Shown: positions 1 to 8,019 of the stretch, piece by piece
Numbering within the stretch: position 1 is the first letter of the stretch
Layout of the letters: each line of letters starts with the position of its first letter
Assembly (NCBI GenBank): GCA_016214555.1
Contig: JACROF010000002.1
Span: 69,416-133,415, forward strand
Source of the DNA: Candidatus Levyibacteriota bacterium
Lineage (GTDB): Bacteria > Patescibacteriota > Microgenomatia > Levybacterales > UBA12049
Direction of reading: 5' to 3'
Length of the DNA stretch: 64,000 bases
Position numbers and translations under genes: made by a program
The notes under the pieces: model-generated
The model's input: the letters and a program-made list of their open reading frames with translations, nothing else
Database searches by the model: none
What the model was told of the DNA's origin: nothing

Positions 1-290
1 ACAACAGCGCTCTTGACTCCAAGAGAGCCGTAGCCACCCCCGCGAGTACGAGGCGTGACAGCATCAACCTGATCCTTGAGAATGTTTCTGCAAGATGACG
101 TGTCAATAAAGTTTCTCTGGCTCATGCCAACACCTGGAAGGTGTAGTAGCATTGCGTTGGGGCCTGACGAAAAATTGACTGCAGTGTTTTGATAACCGAG
201 TACATGAATGTGGCCGTCTCTTGGATGATCTGTCACATGTAGTGATAGAATTGTGCCAGAGAAGTCGGCCGGAGCACTCGAGATACACAT
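1..290 (-). CDS. Conserved hypothetical protein, truncated at window edge (MCISSAPADFSGTILSLHVTDHPRDGHIHVLGYQNTAVN...NAMLLHLP)
   Basis: Open frame from ATG at 290 to the window edge, preceded by GGAGG. Not in the supplied ORF track. Confidence 0.75.
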   Translation of the reverse strand, partial: MCISSAPADFSGTILSLHVTDHPRDGHIHVLGYQNTAVNFSSGPNAMLLHLPGVGMSQRNFIDTSSCRNILKDQVDAVTPRTRGGGYGSLGVKSAV

Positions 291-450
291 GTTATCCTCC
301 ATATCTTACTCAAAGTAGAGCCAAGTGGACTCATACAACACTGAGCTTTCTACCTACTTAACATAAGCAAAAAGCTCAGGGCATGAGATCTTTGTCACAG
401 AAATGGTAAAGAACTGGGAAATTATACCAAAATTGTATAAAAGTATCAAA

Positions 451-1470
451 CTATAGGGCGGACTTGTTCACAAGCGCATCTTCAAGGGGGAATACAGAGG
501 TATCGCTTCCACTTTGATCTACTAAGTTTTGAGTAAATTCAACGTGAGGCTCATCAACTAATAACAACCCTATGCTCTCCCTTGGCACGCCACCCTCTAC
601 GACAAATTCTCTATGAATGTGAGACTGGGGAATCCACATTCTTTCTCTAGCAATATCTTTTGTATGTATCCCCACTACAACGGGAAAATTGCTTTTAATA
701 AGAGACTGAAGGAGTGCTTCATTGCTATTCTGTGGAGGAGTTTGAAGAAATGAAAGAAGTCTTCTTTTTTCATCAATAACCTTTCTGTAATTGTTAACAA
801 ATTTTCCATACGGGTCAGCATTGTGAGCAGCAATAAATTTCAGAATGCCGCTTTCTGACTGGTCAATTTCTTTCTGAATACTTTCTGGAGTAGTTTCTTT
901 TCCTGACCCAAAGTACATGCTTATCTGCTCTAACTCCTGCCACTGAACAAAGCTTGTGGCTATCTCGATGCCTCCTTCATGAAATGCAAAAATTCTCTCA
1001 CCAGCTATTGGTAGCATGTGCTCATCTCTTTGCTGAACAAGTGGAACAAGTCCATGCTCCAAGATCCCAGGAAGTGCTCCAGATACTGTGCCATGAAATC
1101 CATCAATTTCCTCACTCACTATTGTTGCTGCTAATTCTGGGCTCTTAACATAGATTTGAAGAAGTCTCGCTCGCCTGTCATAGTGGTCATAGGAAGCACT
1201 CCTTCCAGGATAACTTCTTGGGTAAACTCTCTTAAAAGTATGCCCTTTCAGGCTGTCTCTGAGTGCAATATCTTCAAGGTCCTGAAATGCAGCACTTCTT
1301 GCTTTTTCATTTCCGCTATGTTGGACACCAACAAGAGGAACTGCTCGAGTGTAGGCAGAAATTACGGAAGAAATATGTGATTGCTCTCTATAGCTGGAGG
1401 AATCAAATAGGGTCTGCAGATGATTGGTAACACTTGGCTGGTTGATGCTAATAGTATCTCTTTCAATCAT
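451..1470 (-). CDS. Hypothetical protein with ADP-ribosyltransferase-like (HGT motif) domain
   Basis: Long ORF with GFHGT...GILEHGLVP and HREFVVEGGVP motifs; start taken at MIERD. Confidence 0.55.
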   Translation of the reverse strand: MIERDTISINQPSVTNHLQTLFDSSSYREQSHISSVISAYTRAVPLVGVQHSGNEKARSAAFQDLEDIALRDSLKGHTFKRVYPRSYPGRSASYDHYDRRARLLQIYVKSPELAATIVSEEIDGFHGTVSGALPGILEHGLVPLVQQRDEHMLPIAGERIFAFHEGGIEIATSFVQWQELEQISMYFGSGKETTPESIQKEIDQSESGILKFIAAHNADPYGKFVNNYRKVIDEKRRLLSFLQTPPQNSNEALLQSLIKSNFPVVVGIHTKDIARERMWIPQSHIHREFVVEGGVPRESIGLLLVDEPHVEFTQNLVDQSGSDTSVFPLEDALVNKSAL

Positions 1471-1547
1471 AGTAATACTATAAATATAGTAAGAATAGGC
1501 CACCTACGATGAGACGGCCGGTTGTTAGTCAGGACTATGAGTGAGAC

Positions 1548-1724
1548 TTATGGATTCCGACTGGGCGGATCTCCTGGATGAAACGTTTTATTCCGAGGCA
1601 CAGGTTTTCTCGTGCTCCATCCAAGCGGGTCGCCGGGGTGCCCAATCTCTCCGTGAACCACTACTTGAGGCTTTTGGGGCTTTTTGTCCTTCTTGCCAAA
1701 AAGTCCAGACAGAAAACCAAACAT
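1548..1724 (-). CDS. Small hypothetical protein
   Basis: AAGGAG SD before ATG (MFGFLSGLFGKK). Confidence 0.5.
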   Translation of the reverse strand: MFGFLSGLFGKKDKKPQKPQVVVHGEIGHPGDPLGWSTRKPVPRNKTFHPGDPPSRNP

Positions 1725-1842
1725 GTTCCACTCCTTCACTAAAAACTAACGGACTTACTAAATTTTACTCTGTTTTAATTCAAAAGTCAAACTATGGGAC
1801 ATTATTTTGTCTTAGCTTTACAGAAAGTAGCATTTACTTACT

Positions 1843-2118
1843 ATGGTAGAACTTCAACAGCCTGAGCCCCATCCTGCACAAGAAACTGGGTATCAGATGT
1901 ATATTCGCAAGAGAGTAGAGAGCCTCAAAGCAAACCCAGAGTTTCATGGAGTGTACTCATGGTACAAAGAACGTATAGATGGTATGTCTAAGATGGATAT
2001 TGTCACAGGTCCTCTTACTGATGAGGAAAAATGGAAGCATACTAAGACTCCGCGTTTGAAGATTCAAGGAGTCTCCAATTGTGCGAGACATATGGCTCGC
2101 TACAGAGATTGCGATTAA
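1843..2118 (+). CDS. Hypothetical protein
   Basis: ORF fills an intergenic gap; its 3' end overlaps the convergent gene. Confidence 0.35.
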   Translation: MVELQQPEPHPAQETGYQMYIRKRVESLKANPEFHGVYSWYKERIDGMSKMDIVTGPLTDEEKWKHTKTPRLKIQGVSNCARHMARYRDCD

Positions 2119-2611
2119 AGCAACAAGGTCTTCTCATACCTTTACGCAGTTTGTCTATGGCAACATCTATATGTTTTTGACGAGTTTGGGGAGTCTTTAC
2201 AGCTCTTATCCATCTGATCCAGTCCCAGCGAGCACTTGGTGTGATATCAAGCCATAGTGCTTTTTCTTTTGGGGCAGCATTTAAAGCTCTTTGCAAATCA
2301 TCTGGGATTTCTGGTTCGATCCATTCTTTGGTAGGCTCAAGTGATACTTGTACGGTACTGCCTACTTTTGCGTGAGCTTCTTTAAGCAATTTGTCATCAG
2401 GGGCAAACCAATGACTAGGTTTAAGCCCTGGGCCGTACTTCCCATCTGGCTCAAGGAGAGTCTTAAAGGGCACATTGTTAACTGTTCCTTTGACCATAAG
2501 CATACTTCTTGTAGGAAGCTTTGCTGAGGCGTCTTCAGGAAGTCTTAAAATAGTCCATCCGTGAATTTTAAATAACGTTGTTTCAAAGTGAATGAGATTG
2601 CCTGTCTTCAC
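2042..2611 (-). CDS. YdeI/OmpD-associated family protein with DUF1905 domain
   Basis: N-terminal GWTILRLP..VKGTVN; C-terminal PEIPDDLQRAL..ITPSARWDWIRWI..KTPQTRQKHI. Confidence 0.85.
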   Translation of the reverse strand: MKTGNLIHFETTLFKIHGWTILRLPEDASAKLPTRSMLMVKGTVNNVPFKTLLEPDGKYGPGLKPSHWFAPDDKLLKEAHAKVGSTVQVSLEPTKEWIEPEIPDDLQRALNAAPKEKALWLDITPSARWDWIRWIRAVKTPQTRQKHIDVAIDKLRKGMRRPCCFNRNLCSEPYVSHNWRLLESSNAES

Positions 2612-2677
2612 ATCAGTTATTATATCAAAGGGTAAGATCTGAGTTTTTTGATTTTAGCCTTTGAGAACAATCCCAGG

Positions 2678-4006
2678 TCATACATTAGCAAAAAGTGGCC
2701 TAAATTCTTCAGGGATCGACTGAAGAGAACCAACAGATAAAATGCTTTTAAGTGATGAAACGTTAAGTTTTGGTTTGACCTCATCATTAAAGTACCGCAT
2801 AAGGAAATCATTACTGTACTCTCCTTTTTGAGAGGCGAGGACTAAAGCATACTGCATTTCCTCAGGCAGACCTACACATTCAAAAGGTTTAAACTTCTCG
2901 ATCCCTAATAATTCTTTACATATCGGAAGAAGTTCGGCATCTTGGTACATGTTTCCTTCAAAAATAGCAACAAGCTGTGCCTTCTTTATAAATGCTGATA
3001 AGAGAGTAAAGACAAAAAGACACTTGGCACACTTTTTGCACCACTTACTGGCTTGCGTCTTATTATTTGCTCTAAAATTGCCATTGCAACTGGAAAAAAT
3101 TGTAAAGTACTCAGAGTACAGGGAAAACAACTCGACTATTTTAATCTCTTTAAGAGGTCTAAGAAGAGAAAAGTACGTAATATCAGAAGTAATAAATGAT
3201 AAAAGATATTTTCTAAAAAGGACTTCAAATTCGTAGGACTTGCTCCATTGGTGATTTATTTCCTGCCCCAGATAGGTTACATTCCCATAATTTGCACTTT
3301 CCTCATTTGAGACGACAATATAACGAAAATCATAAAGTACTGCTGCTAACAATCCAAAAAATGCATATTGTGTAGATACAGGGTTATGCCCACTATATGC
3401 ATCCTTATCTTCAAGCATAAAAACTTTTGGATCTAGTGCTCGCTCAAATAGTATCTTACTTGACTCAAGAGTCTGAATAATCTCATCTCTTATAGGGTGA
3501 CTATTGATTACAAACGAACAAAATTCTTTTCTGTGCTTTTTTAATAATTCTGCTGAGACTATTGAGTCTTTTCCTCCACCAATTCCCACAAGAGAGCGAT
3601 TTTTTCGGGGGAAAAAGTCACTTTTTTGCTCTACATTTTGGTAGGGGAATTGAACGAGATTTCTATAGTCAATAGCATTTTTAAAAAATAGCTCACCCAA
3701 CCCTTTTTCATATACAGTATTCCAAAAAGTTGCCTGATCCTTATTTAGAGCAATCGATTGCAGCTCAATTTTGGAAGGACAGTAGAGTTTCCAATAGCTG
3801 ATGCCTAAAGCCAGGAAAAGGCTATGTAAAACATTGGTGAGGAGTTGGGGCGGTATATTAGAAATAGTATCTACTGGAGGAATTAAAACTTTCTCAACAA
3901 ATGAAATGGCTTCATTATTTCTTACAATTTGATAGTAAAACTCGAGTCTTCCCTCAGTAAAATCAGTCTCATATCTTTTAAAAATAAATGTATCTTCCGT
4001 TGTCAC
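2678..4006 (-). CDS. murL: UDP-MurNAc-L-Ala-L-Glu epimerase (MurL family)
   Basis: GGGKDS PP-loop, SNEESAN, NHQWSKS, FSSCN, WCKKCAKC and KPFECVG motifs. Confidence 0.85.
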   Translation of the reverse strand: MTTEDTFIFKRYETDFTEGRLEFYYQIVRNNEAISFVEKVLIPPVDTISNIPPQLLTNVLHSLFLALGISYWKLYCPSKIELQSIALNKDQATFWNTVYEKGLGELFFKNAIDYRNLVQFPYQNVEQKSDFFPRKNRSLVGIGGGKDSIVSAELLKKHRKEFCSFVINSHPIRDEIIQTLESSKILFERALDPKVFMLEDKDAYSGHNPVSTQYAFFGLLAAVLYDFRYIVVSNEESANYGNVTYLGQEINHQWSKSYEFEVLFRKYLLSFITSDITYFSLLRPLKEIKIVELFSLYSEYFTIFSSCNGNFRANNKTQASKWCKKCAKCLFVFTLLSAFIKKAQLVAIFEGNMYQDAELLPICKELLGIEKFKPFECVGLPEEMQYALVLASQKGEYSNDFLMRYFNDEVKPKLNVSSLKSILSVGSLQSIPEEFRPLFANV

Positions 4007-4103
4007 GCAGTTATTGTATCAAAGATTTGAGTACTGCACTGAATAGTATTGATGAGCAAGTCTCCCTGAGGCTAGAAAAATTGGGCGAAGCCACGTTTGA
4101 CGT

Positions 4104-4177
4104 GGGTGGCTAACGGGGTTCGAACCCGCGACGTCCAGCTCCACAAGCTGGCGCTCTACCACTGAGCTATAGCCACC
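4104..4177 (-). tRNA. tRNA-His(GTG)
   Basis: Cloverleaf with G-1; anticodon arm CCAGC-TTGTGGA-GCTGG; TTCGAAC T loop. Confidence 0.95.
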
Positions 4178-4250
4178 ATATTTGGTTATTATAGCATACT
4201 CAGCTTCAAATTTGACTTGTTTTTGATTGGATTTTCAGTATAATCCGTTC

Positions 4251-4910
4251 ATGGAGATCAGAAAACCAAATCCTGCTTTTGAAGTGCATGAATACGGGCA
4301 AGAACTAAGACAAATTTTAGGTGAAAATCTCCCTAGTCATTCGTTTTTGCTCCAATATAGACCAAATAAGAATTGGTTTTACTATGAATATGAAGGTATC
4401 CATGGAATGAGACATATTACTAGAGTACTAATTCTTCAAGAGTTGCTTGCTTCACTAACAGAACGGGCAAGAAGTATGCTACTTAATAGAGAAGCACTTC
4501 GATTTGCAGCGATTACCCACGACCTTCGAAGACAGAGTGATTTAGCAGATGAGTCTCATGGGCAAAGAGCAGGAATATGGATAAAAGAACATTTGCAAGA
4601 CCTATGTGACTCGAAAACTCTCGAAATGACTGCTGAGCTTAATACTAGACATAATGATGGTATAAAACTTCCCTTTGAAGAGTTTCCCGAGTTAGCCCTT
4701 TTTAAGGATGCTGATGCTCTTGATAGATGTAGATTTGGAGAAAGATCATATACAAAGCTCAATGAGAGAGCACTAAGAACGGAAGAGTCAAAAACGCTTA
4801 TCATTCCAGCAAAAGCAATATATCTTCTCTCAGAAGCAAAAGTAAGAGAAGGAGTAGATCACTTTGAGGCTCCTCTTGATGCGGCAGCAGAACTAGGGCT
4901 CATTTCTTGA
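4251..4910 (+). CDS. HD-domain phosphohydrolase
   Basis: HGMRHITRV, ITHD, HGQRAG and DADALDR motifs. Confidence 0.8.
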   Translation: MEIRKPNPAFEVHEYGQELRQILGENLPSHSFLLQYRPNKNWFYYEYEGIHGMRHITRVLILQELLASLTERARSMLLNREALRFAAITHDLRRQSDLADESHGQRAGIWIKEHLQDLCDSKTLEMTAELNTRHNDGIKLPFEEFPELALFKDADALDRCRFGERSYTKLNERALRTEESKTLIIPAKAIYLLSEAKVREGVDHFEAPLDAAAELGLIS

Positions 4911-5633
4911 GGCTAATAAAGGGTCGTTAAGTTCTCTCACAAATTCACCTGATACTGTGGCCTCGACATCTTCATCTATGCCAAACTCAACAACATTTCT
5001 TACTCTAGTTAGTCCTCTAGGAACTGCAAAAGTACGATACGACCAGGAAGCTTTAGCGCCTTCAGTCATTGTTCGTTCCTCTGCTTCATCATTGGGGACT
5101 CCTTCTGCCAGTAGTCGTGTAAGCTCTGCATTTTTTACGGAAAAATATGCAACAAAATTGTCGCTTGGGTCAGTGTGGCTTACAGACCCATATTTTAAAC
5201 TTTTATAATGTCTGCTTCCTGGAAAATCAAACATTATTGCATTGACTGGTCCATGGATTGTTTCAAAATATGAGAGAGCTGCCTGAGTGAGCTCCTTTGC
5301 GCGGAAATCAGGATTTTTGTACCTTCTACCACCTTTTTCAATGACTGTACTGACATTGATACTCACCCTATTTGTTATTTGCTCAGGATCCTCTTCAACA
5401 CTATCCGGGAAGTCAAAAAAATCAACCTCAAGTCCTACTTGGGGCTCATCTAGATCATGTATCTCAACTCTGTCATTATCCGCATAAATACTTACTCTAT
5501 CTTCGGAGATTGCTGCTTTTACAATAACTTTGTGGTCAGGAAGCATTGCAATTTGAGCAAAGTCAACAGGAATACCCCCAATTTTTGGAAAAGACTCTGG
5601 GTTGACGGGTAAGGGTTTGCCAATTTCTGTCAT
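4893..5633 (-). CDS. Hypothetical protein
   Basis: 246-aa ORF immediately downstream of tRNA-Arg. Confidence 0.7.
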   Translation of the reverse strand: MTEIGKPLPVNPESFPKIGGIPVDFAQIAMLPDHKVIVKAAISEDRVSIYADNDRVEIHDLDEPQVGLEVDFFDFPDSVEEDPEQITNRVSINVSTVIEKGGRRYKNPDFRAKELTQAALSYFETIHGPVNAIMFDFPGSRHYKSLKYGSVSHTDPSDNFVAYFSVKNAELTRLLAEGVPNDEAEERTMTEGAKASWSYRTFAVPRGLTRVRNVVEFGIDEDVEATVSGEFVRELNDPLLASRNEP

Positions 5634-5639
5634 AGTGAG

Positions 5640-5712
5640 TACGCCTGGAGGGATTCGAACCCCCGACCCCGTCGTTAGAACCGAGATGCTCTATCCACTG
5701 AGCTACAGGCGC
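5640..5712 (-). tRNA. tRNA-Arg(TCT), atypical anticodon arm
   Basis: GCGCCTG/CAGGCGT acceptor stem, A20 in D loop, loop GTTCTAA, one C:C mismatch in the anticodon stem. Confidence 0.8.
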
Positions 5713-5816
5713 AAACTTTATATTCTAGTTTTTAGATATCTTTTTCCAAAACCAGTCTTAAAATACTTTTCTCTTTTAATGATTTTTTCTCATCATGGCA
5801 TAAGTAAAATACATAC

Positions 5817-5882
5817 CTATCCACTGAGCCCTGCCCGCAACGACTCGCAAGCTTGTCTTGCGTGGCAGGCGGGTACAGGCGC
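5817..5882 (-). repeat. Duplicated 5' fragment of tRNA-Arg interrupted by a 44-nt hairpin insert
   Basis: ctatccactgagc|tacaggcgc is identical to 5691-5712 but split by cctgcccgc...ggcaggcggg (5830-5873). Confidence 0.85.
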
Positions 5883-5996
5883 ATTTTAGCGAATAGCTTA
5901 TGGCTAATTACCAAGAGTATTGTATCAATACTATGCTTTGATCGCAAACTGTCTTGATCTCAATTGACAAAAAAACGTGTTCATTATACTATCTAA

Positions 5997-7007
5997 GTGT
6001 TGGATACTAGCGTACATAGCATGTTACATCGATTTTACTCTTATTTATTAAAAAACCAAGTCATATTAGCTCTCTTTTTGATTGCTGCAGGATGGCTATT
6101 GTTGCAGACAAGAGGGATTATTACCTCAATTTTTATCGCGTATATCATCAACGCAGCTCTGCTACCCGTTGTAAAATACCTGAGAAACAAAAAAGTTCCT
6201 CACTTTTTTGCTGTTCTTATCCCATATATTGGCATTGCTATTGTTGTTTTTCTTATTATTTTTCCCCTTGTGCCTTTTCTTATTGACCAAGTAAAGGCAC
6301 TCCTTGGAGGTCTTCCATCCTATATCAAACAAGCAGCCGATGTATCAGGACTTACTGTTGATGCCACACAAATTCAGTCATATGTCACAAGAGAAGTTAA
6401 TTCAATTGGTAGTAATGCATTTAGCGTCACCAGTAAAGTGTTTGGAGGACTTTTTTCAACATTGACGGTACTGGTGGTCAGCTTTTATCTTATTTTGTAC
6501 CATGAAAGATTCAAAGAAAATATTGCACACCTCTTTCATAAAAATGACAGGGAGCGAGTCCTCAGCACACTTTCTCTTATTGATGAGAAGTTAGGAGCAT
6601 GGCTTACAGGACAGGTTCTTCTCTCTCTTTTCATCGGTGTAATTACATGGGCTGCACTTAGTATCATTGGTTTTCCTTATGCGCTTCCTCTTGGAATTCT
6701 TGCTGGCATTCTTGAAATCGTTCCAACAATTGGGCCTATCCTTTCTGCGATTCCTGCAATTGTTGTTGCGCTTACTGTCTCACCACCTTTGGCGATTATT
6801 ATCGCTCTCATATATTTTGGGATTCAGATGATTGAAAATAACGTACTTGTGCCAAAAATTATGCAGAGAGCAGTTGGACTCAATCCTGTGCTTGTAATCG
6901 TAGCTGTCATGATAGGAGCAAATCTTTTAGGAGTCTTGGGCGCTCTTCTGGCAGTACCATTTGTTTCATTTCTTATTGTTCTCTTTAACGGCCTGAGTGA
7001 GGAATAG
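5997..7007 (+). CDS. AI-2E family transporter (PerM-like)
   Basis: Multi-TM protein with IVPTIGPI, QMIENNVLVPKIM and GLNP motifs. Confidence 0.9.
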   Translation: MLDTSVHSMLHRFYSYLLKNQVILALFLIAAGWLLLQTRGIITSIFIAYIINAALLPVVKYLRNKKVPHFFAVLIPYIGIAIVVFLIIFPLVPFLIDQVKALLGGLPSYIKQAADVSGLTVDATQIQSYVTREVNSIGSNAFSVTSKVFGGLFSTLTVLVVSFYLILYHERFKENIAHLFHKNDRERVLSTLSLIDEKLGAWLTGQVLLSLFIGVITWAALSIIGFPYALPLGILAGILEIVPTIGPILSAIPAIVVALTVSPPLAIIIALIYFGIQMIENNVLVPKIMQRAVGLNPVLVIVAVMIGANLLGVLGALLAVPFVSFLIVLFNGLSEE

Positions 7008-7601
7008 CTATTTCTTTTCAGCAACGATAAGTGTCCAGGGGATAGGGTGGAGTGCTTTTTTGACTACTAAATACTTTGAGACAAAATTCCTAAACATAAA
7101 AAATGTCCAGTGATTAATGTGCTCAATATCGTTGCCAAAGCGTGAAAGATTTTTACCTCTTAAAAAATTTCCAAGCATAAAAAATGGCTCATTAGGTACA
7201 GAGAGCAGACAGTACTTTTTACTTACTCTAACCAACTCTTTTAATGCTTTTTCCGGGTCATCGACGTGCTCTAAGACCTCAGAGCAGATAACTAAATCAA
7301 AAGAGTTATCTTTATAATCCAGGTCATAAATGGTGCCCTGCTTGAGCTTTAATTTAGGATGCTCTTTCTTCCCAAGCTCAATTGCTCGATCAAGAAAATC
7401 GACCCCCTCAAGTCTCTCACCGACTCCATTGGTGCGCAATTTCTCAAGAGTAAACCCCTCACCGCACCCGACATCAAGAACCGTTTTTGGTGATAGTTTT
7501 TTTGCCTCTTCCAAAAGAGCAGCATTGAATTGACCTAAAAGTTTTTGTTGAATGGTACTTGAGCTTTTATGTTTGCGATAGTTATCTGTAGTAGCATGCA
7601 T
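7008..7601 (-). CDS. Class I SAM-dependent methyltransferase
   Basis: VLDVGCGEG, FDLVICSEVLEH and SVPN motifs. Confidence 0.9.
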   Translation of the reverse strand: MHATTDNYRKHKSSSTIQQKLLGQFNAALLEEAKKLSPKTVLDVGCGEGFTLEKLRTNGVGERLEGVDFLDRAIELGKKEHPKLKLKQGTIYDLDYKDNSFDLVICSEVLEHVDDPEKALKELVRVSKKYCLLSVPNEPFFMLGNFLRGKNLSRFGNDIEHINHWTFFMFRNFVSKYLVVKKALHPIPWTLIVAEKK

Positions 7602-7604
7602 AGA

Positions 7605-7847
7605 CTATTTATTAAACAATTTTTGCAACTTTCTTCTTCCCGCACCACTTTTCCAATACAACTCTCTTTTCATCGCTTCAGTTGAGGATAAGAACTCCTC
7701 AAAAAATAAGAGCTTAAAAGGTACTCGCTGCTTTGTTGACTTAACAAATCCAGAATTATGTTGCTTTAACCTTCGTTCTAAGTTATCGATATAACCTGTA
7801 TATGTTCTTAGATCTTTCAGGCTCTGAAGAACATAAACATAGAACAT
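7605..7847 (-). CDS. Small GIY-YIG nuclease (SLX1-like)
   Basis: YVYVLQS..YTGY..NLERRLKQHN..EA.KRE..KSGAGR. Confidence 0.92.
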   Translation of the reverse strand: MFYVYVLQSLKDLRTYTGYIDNLERRLKQHNSGFVKSTKQRVPFKLLFFEEFLSSTEAMKRELYWKSGAGRRKLQKLFNK

Positions 7848-7858
7848 AATTTTCTAGG

Positions 7859-7929
7859 AGCGGGTGAAGGGAATCGAACCCTCGTATCAACTTTGGAAAA
7901 GTTGTGTTCTACCATTGAACTACACCCGC
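7859..7929 (-). tRNA. tRNA-Gly(TCC)
   Basis: Cloverleaf; anticodon arm CAACT-TTTCCAA-AGTTG. Confidence 0.95.
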
Positions 7930-8019
7930 AGTGGAAAGATTATATCATTTTACTATTTGAAAAATCCATAAATCAGCTTGTGTGTTACATGACAATTTGT
8001 TTATACTCATGGAAGCCTC

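Noticed and set aside
103-288. Supplied 61-aa ORF
   Set aside because: The likely real gene is in another frame (ATG at 290 with GGAGG) and runs off the window.
5670-5690. Reading the tRNA as an amber suppressor (CTA anticodon)
   Set aside because: Shifting the loop by one base destroys anticodon-stem pairing; the TCT register fits the cloverleaf and the Arg A20 identity element.
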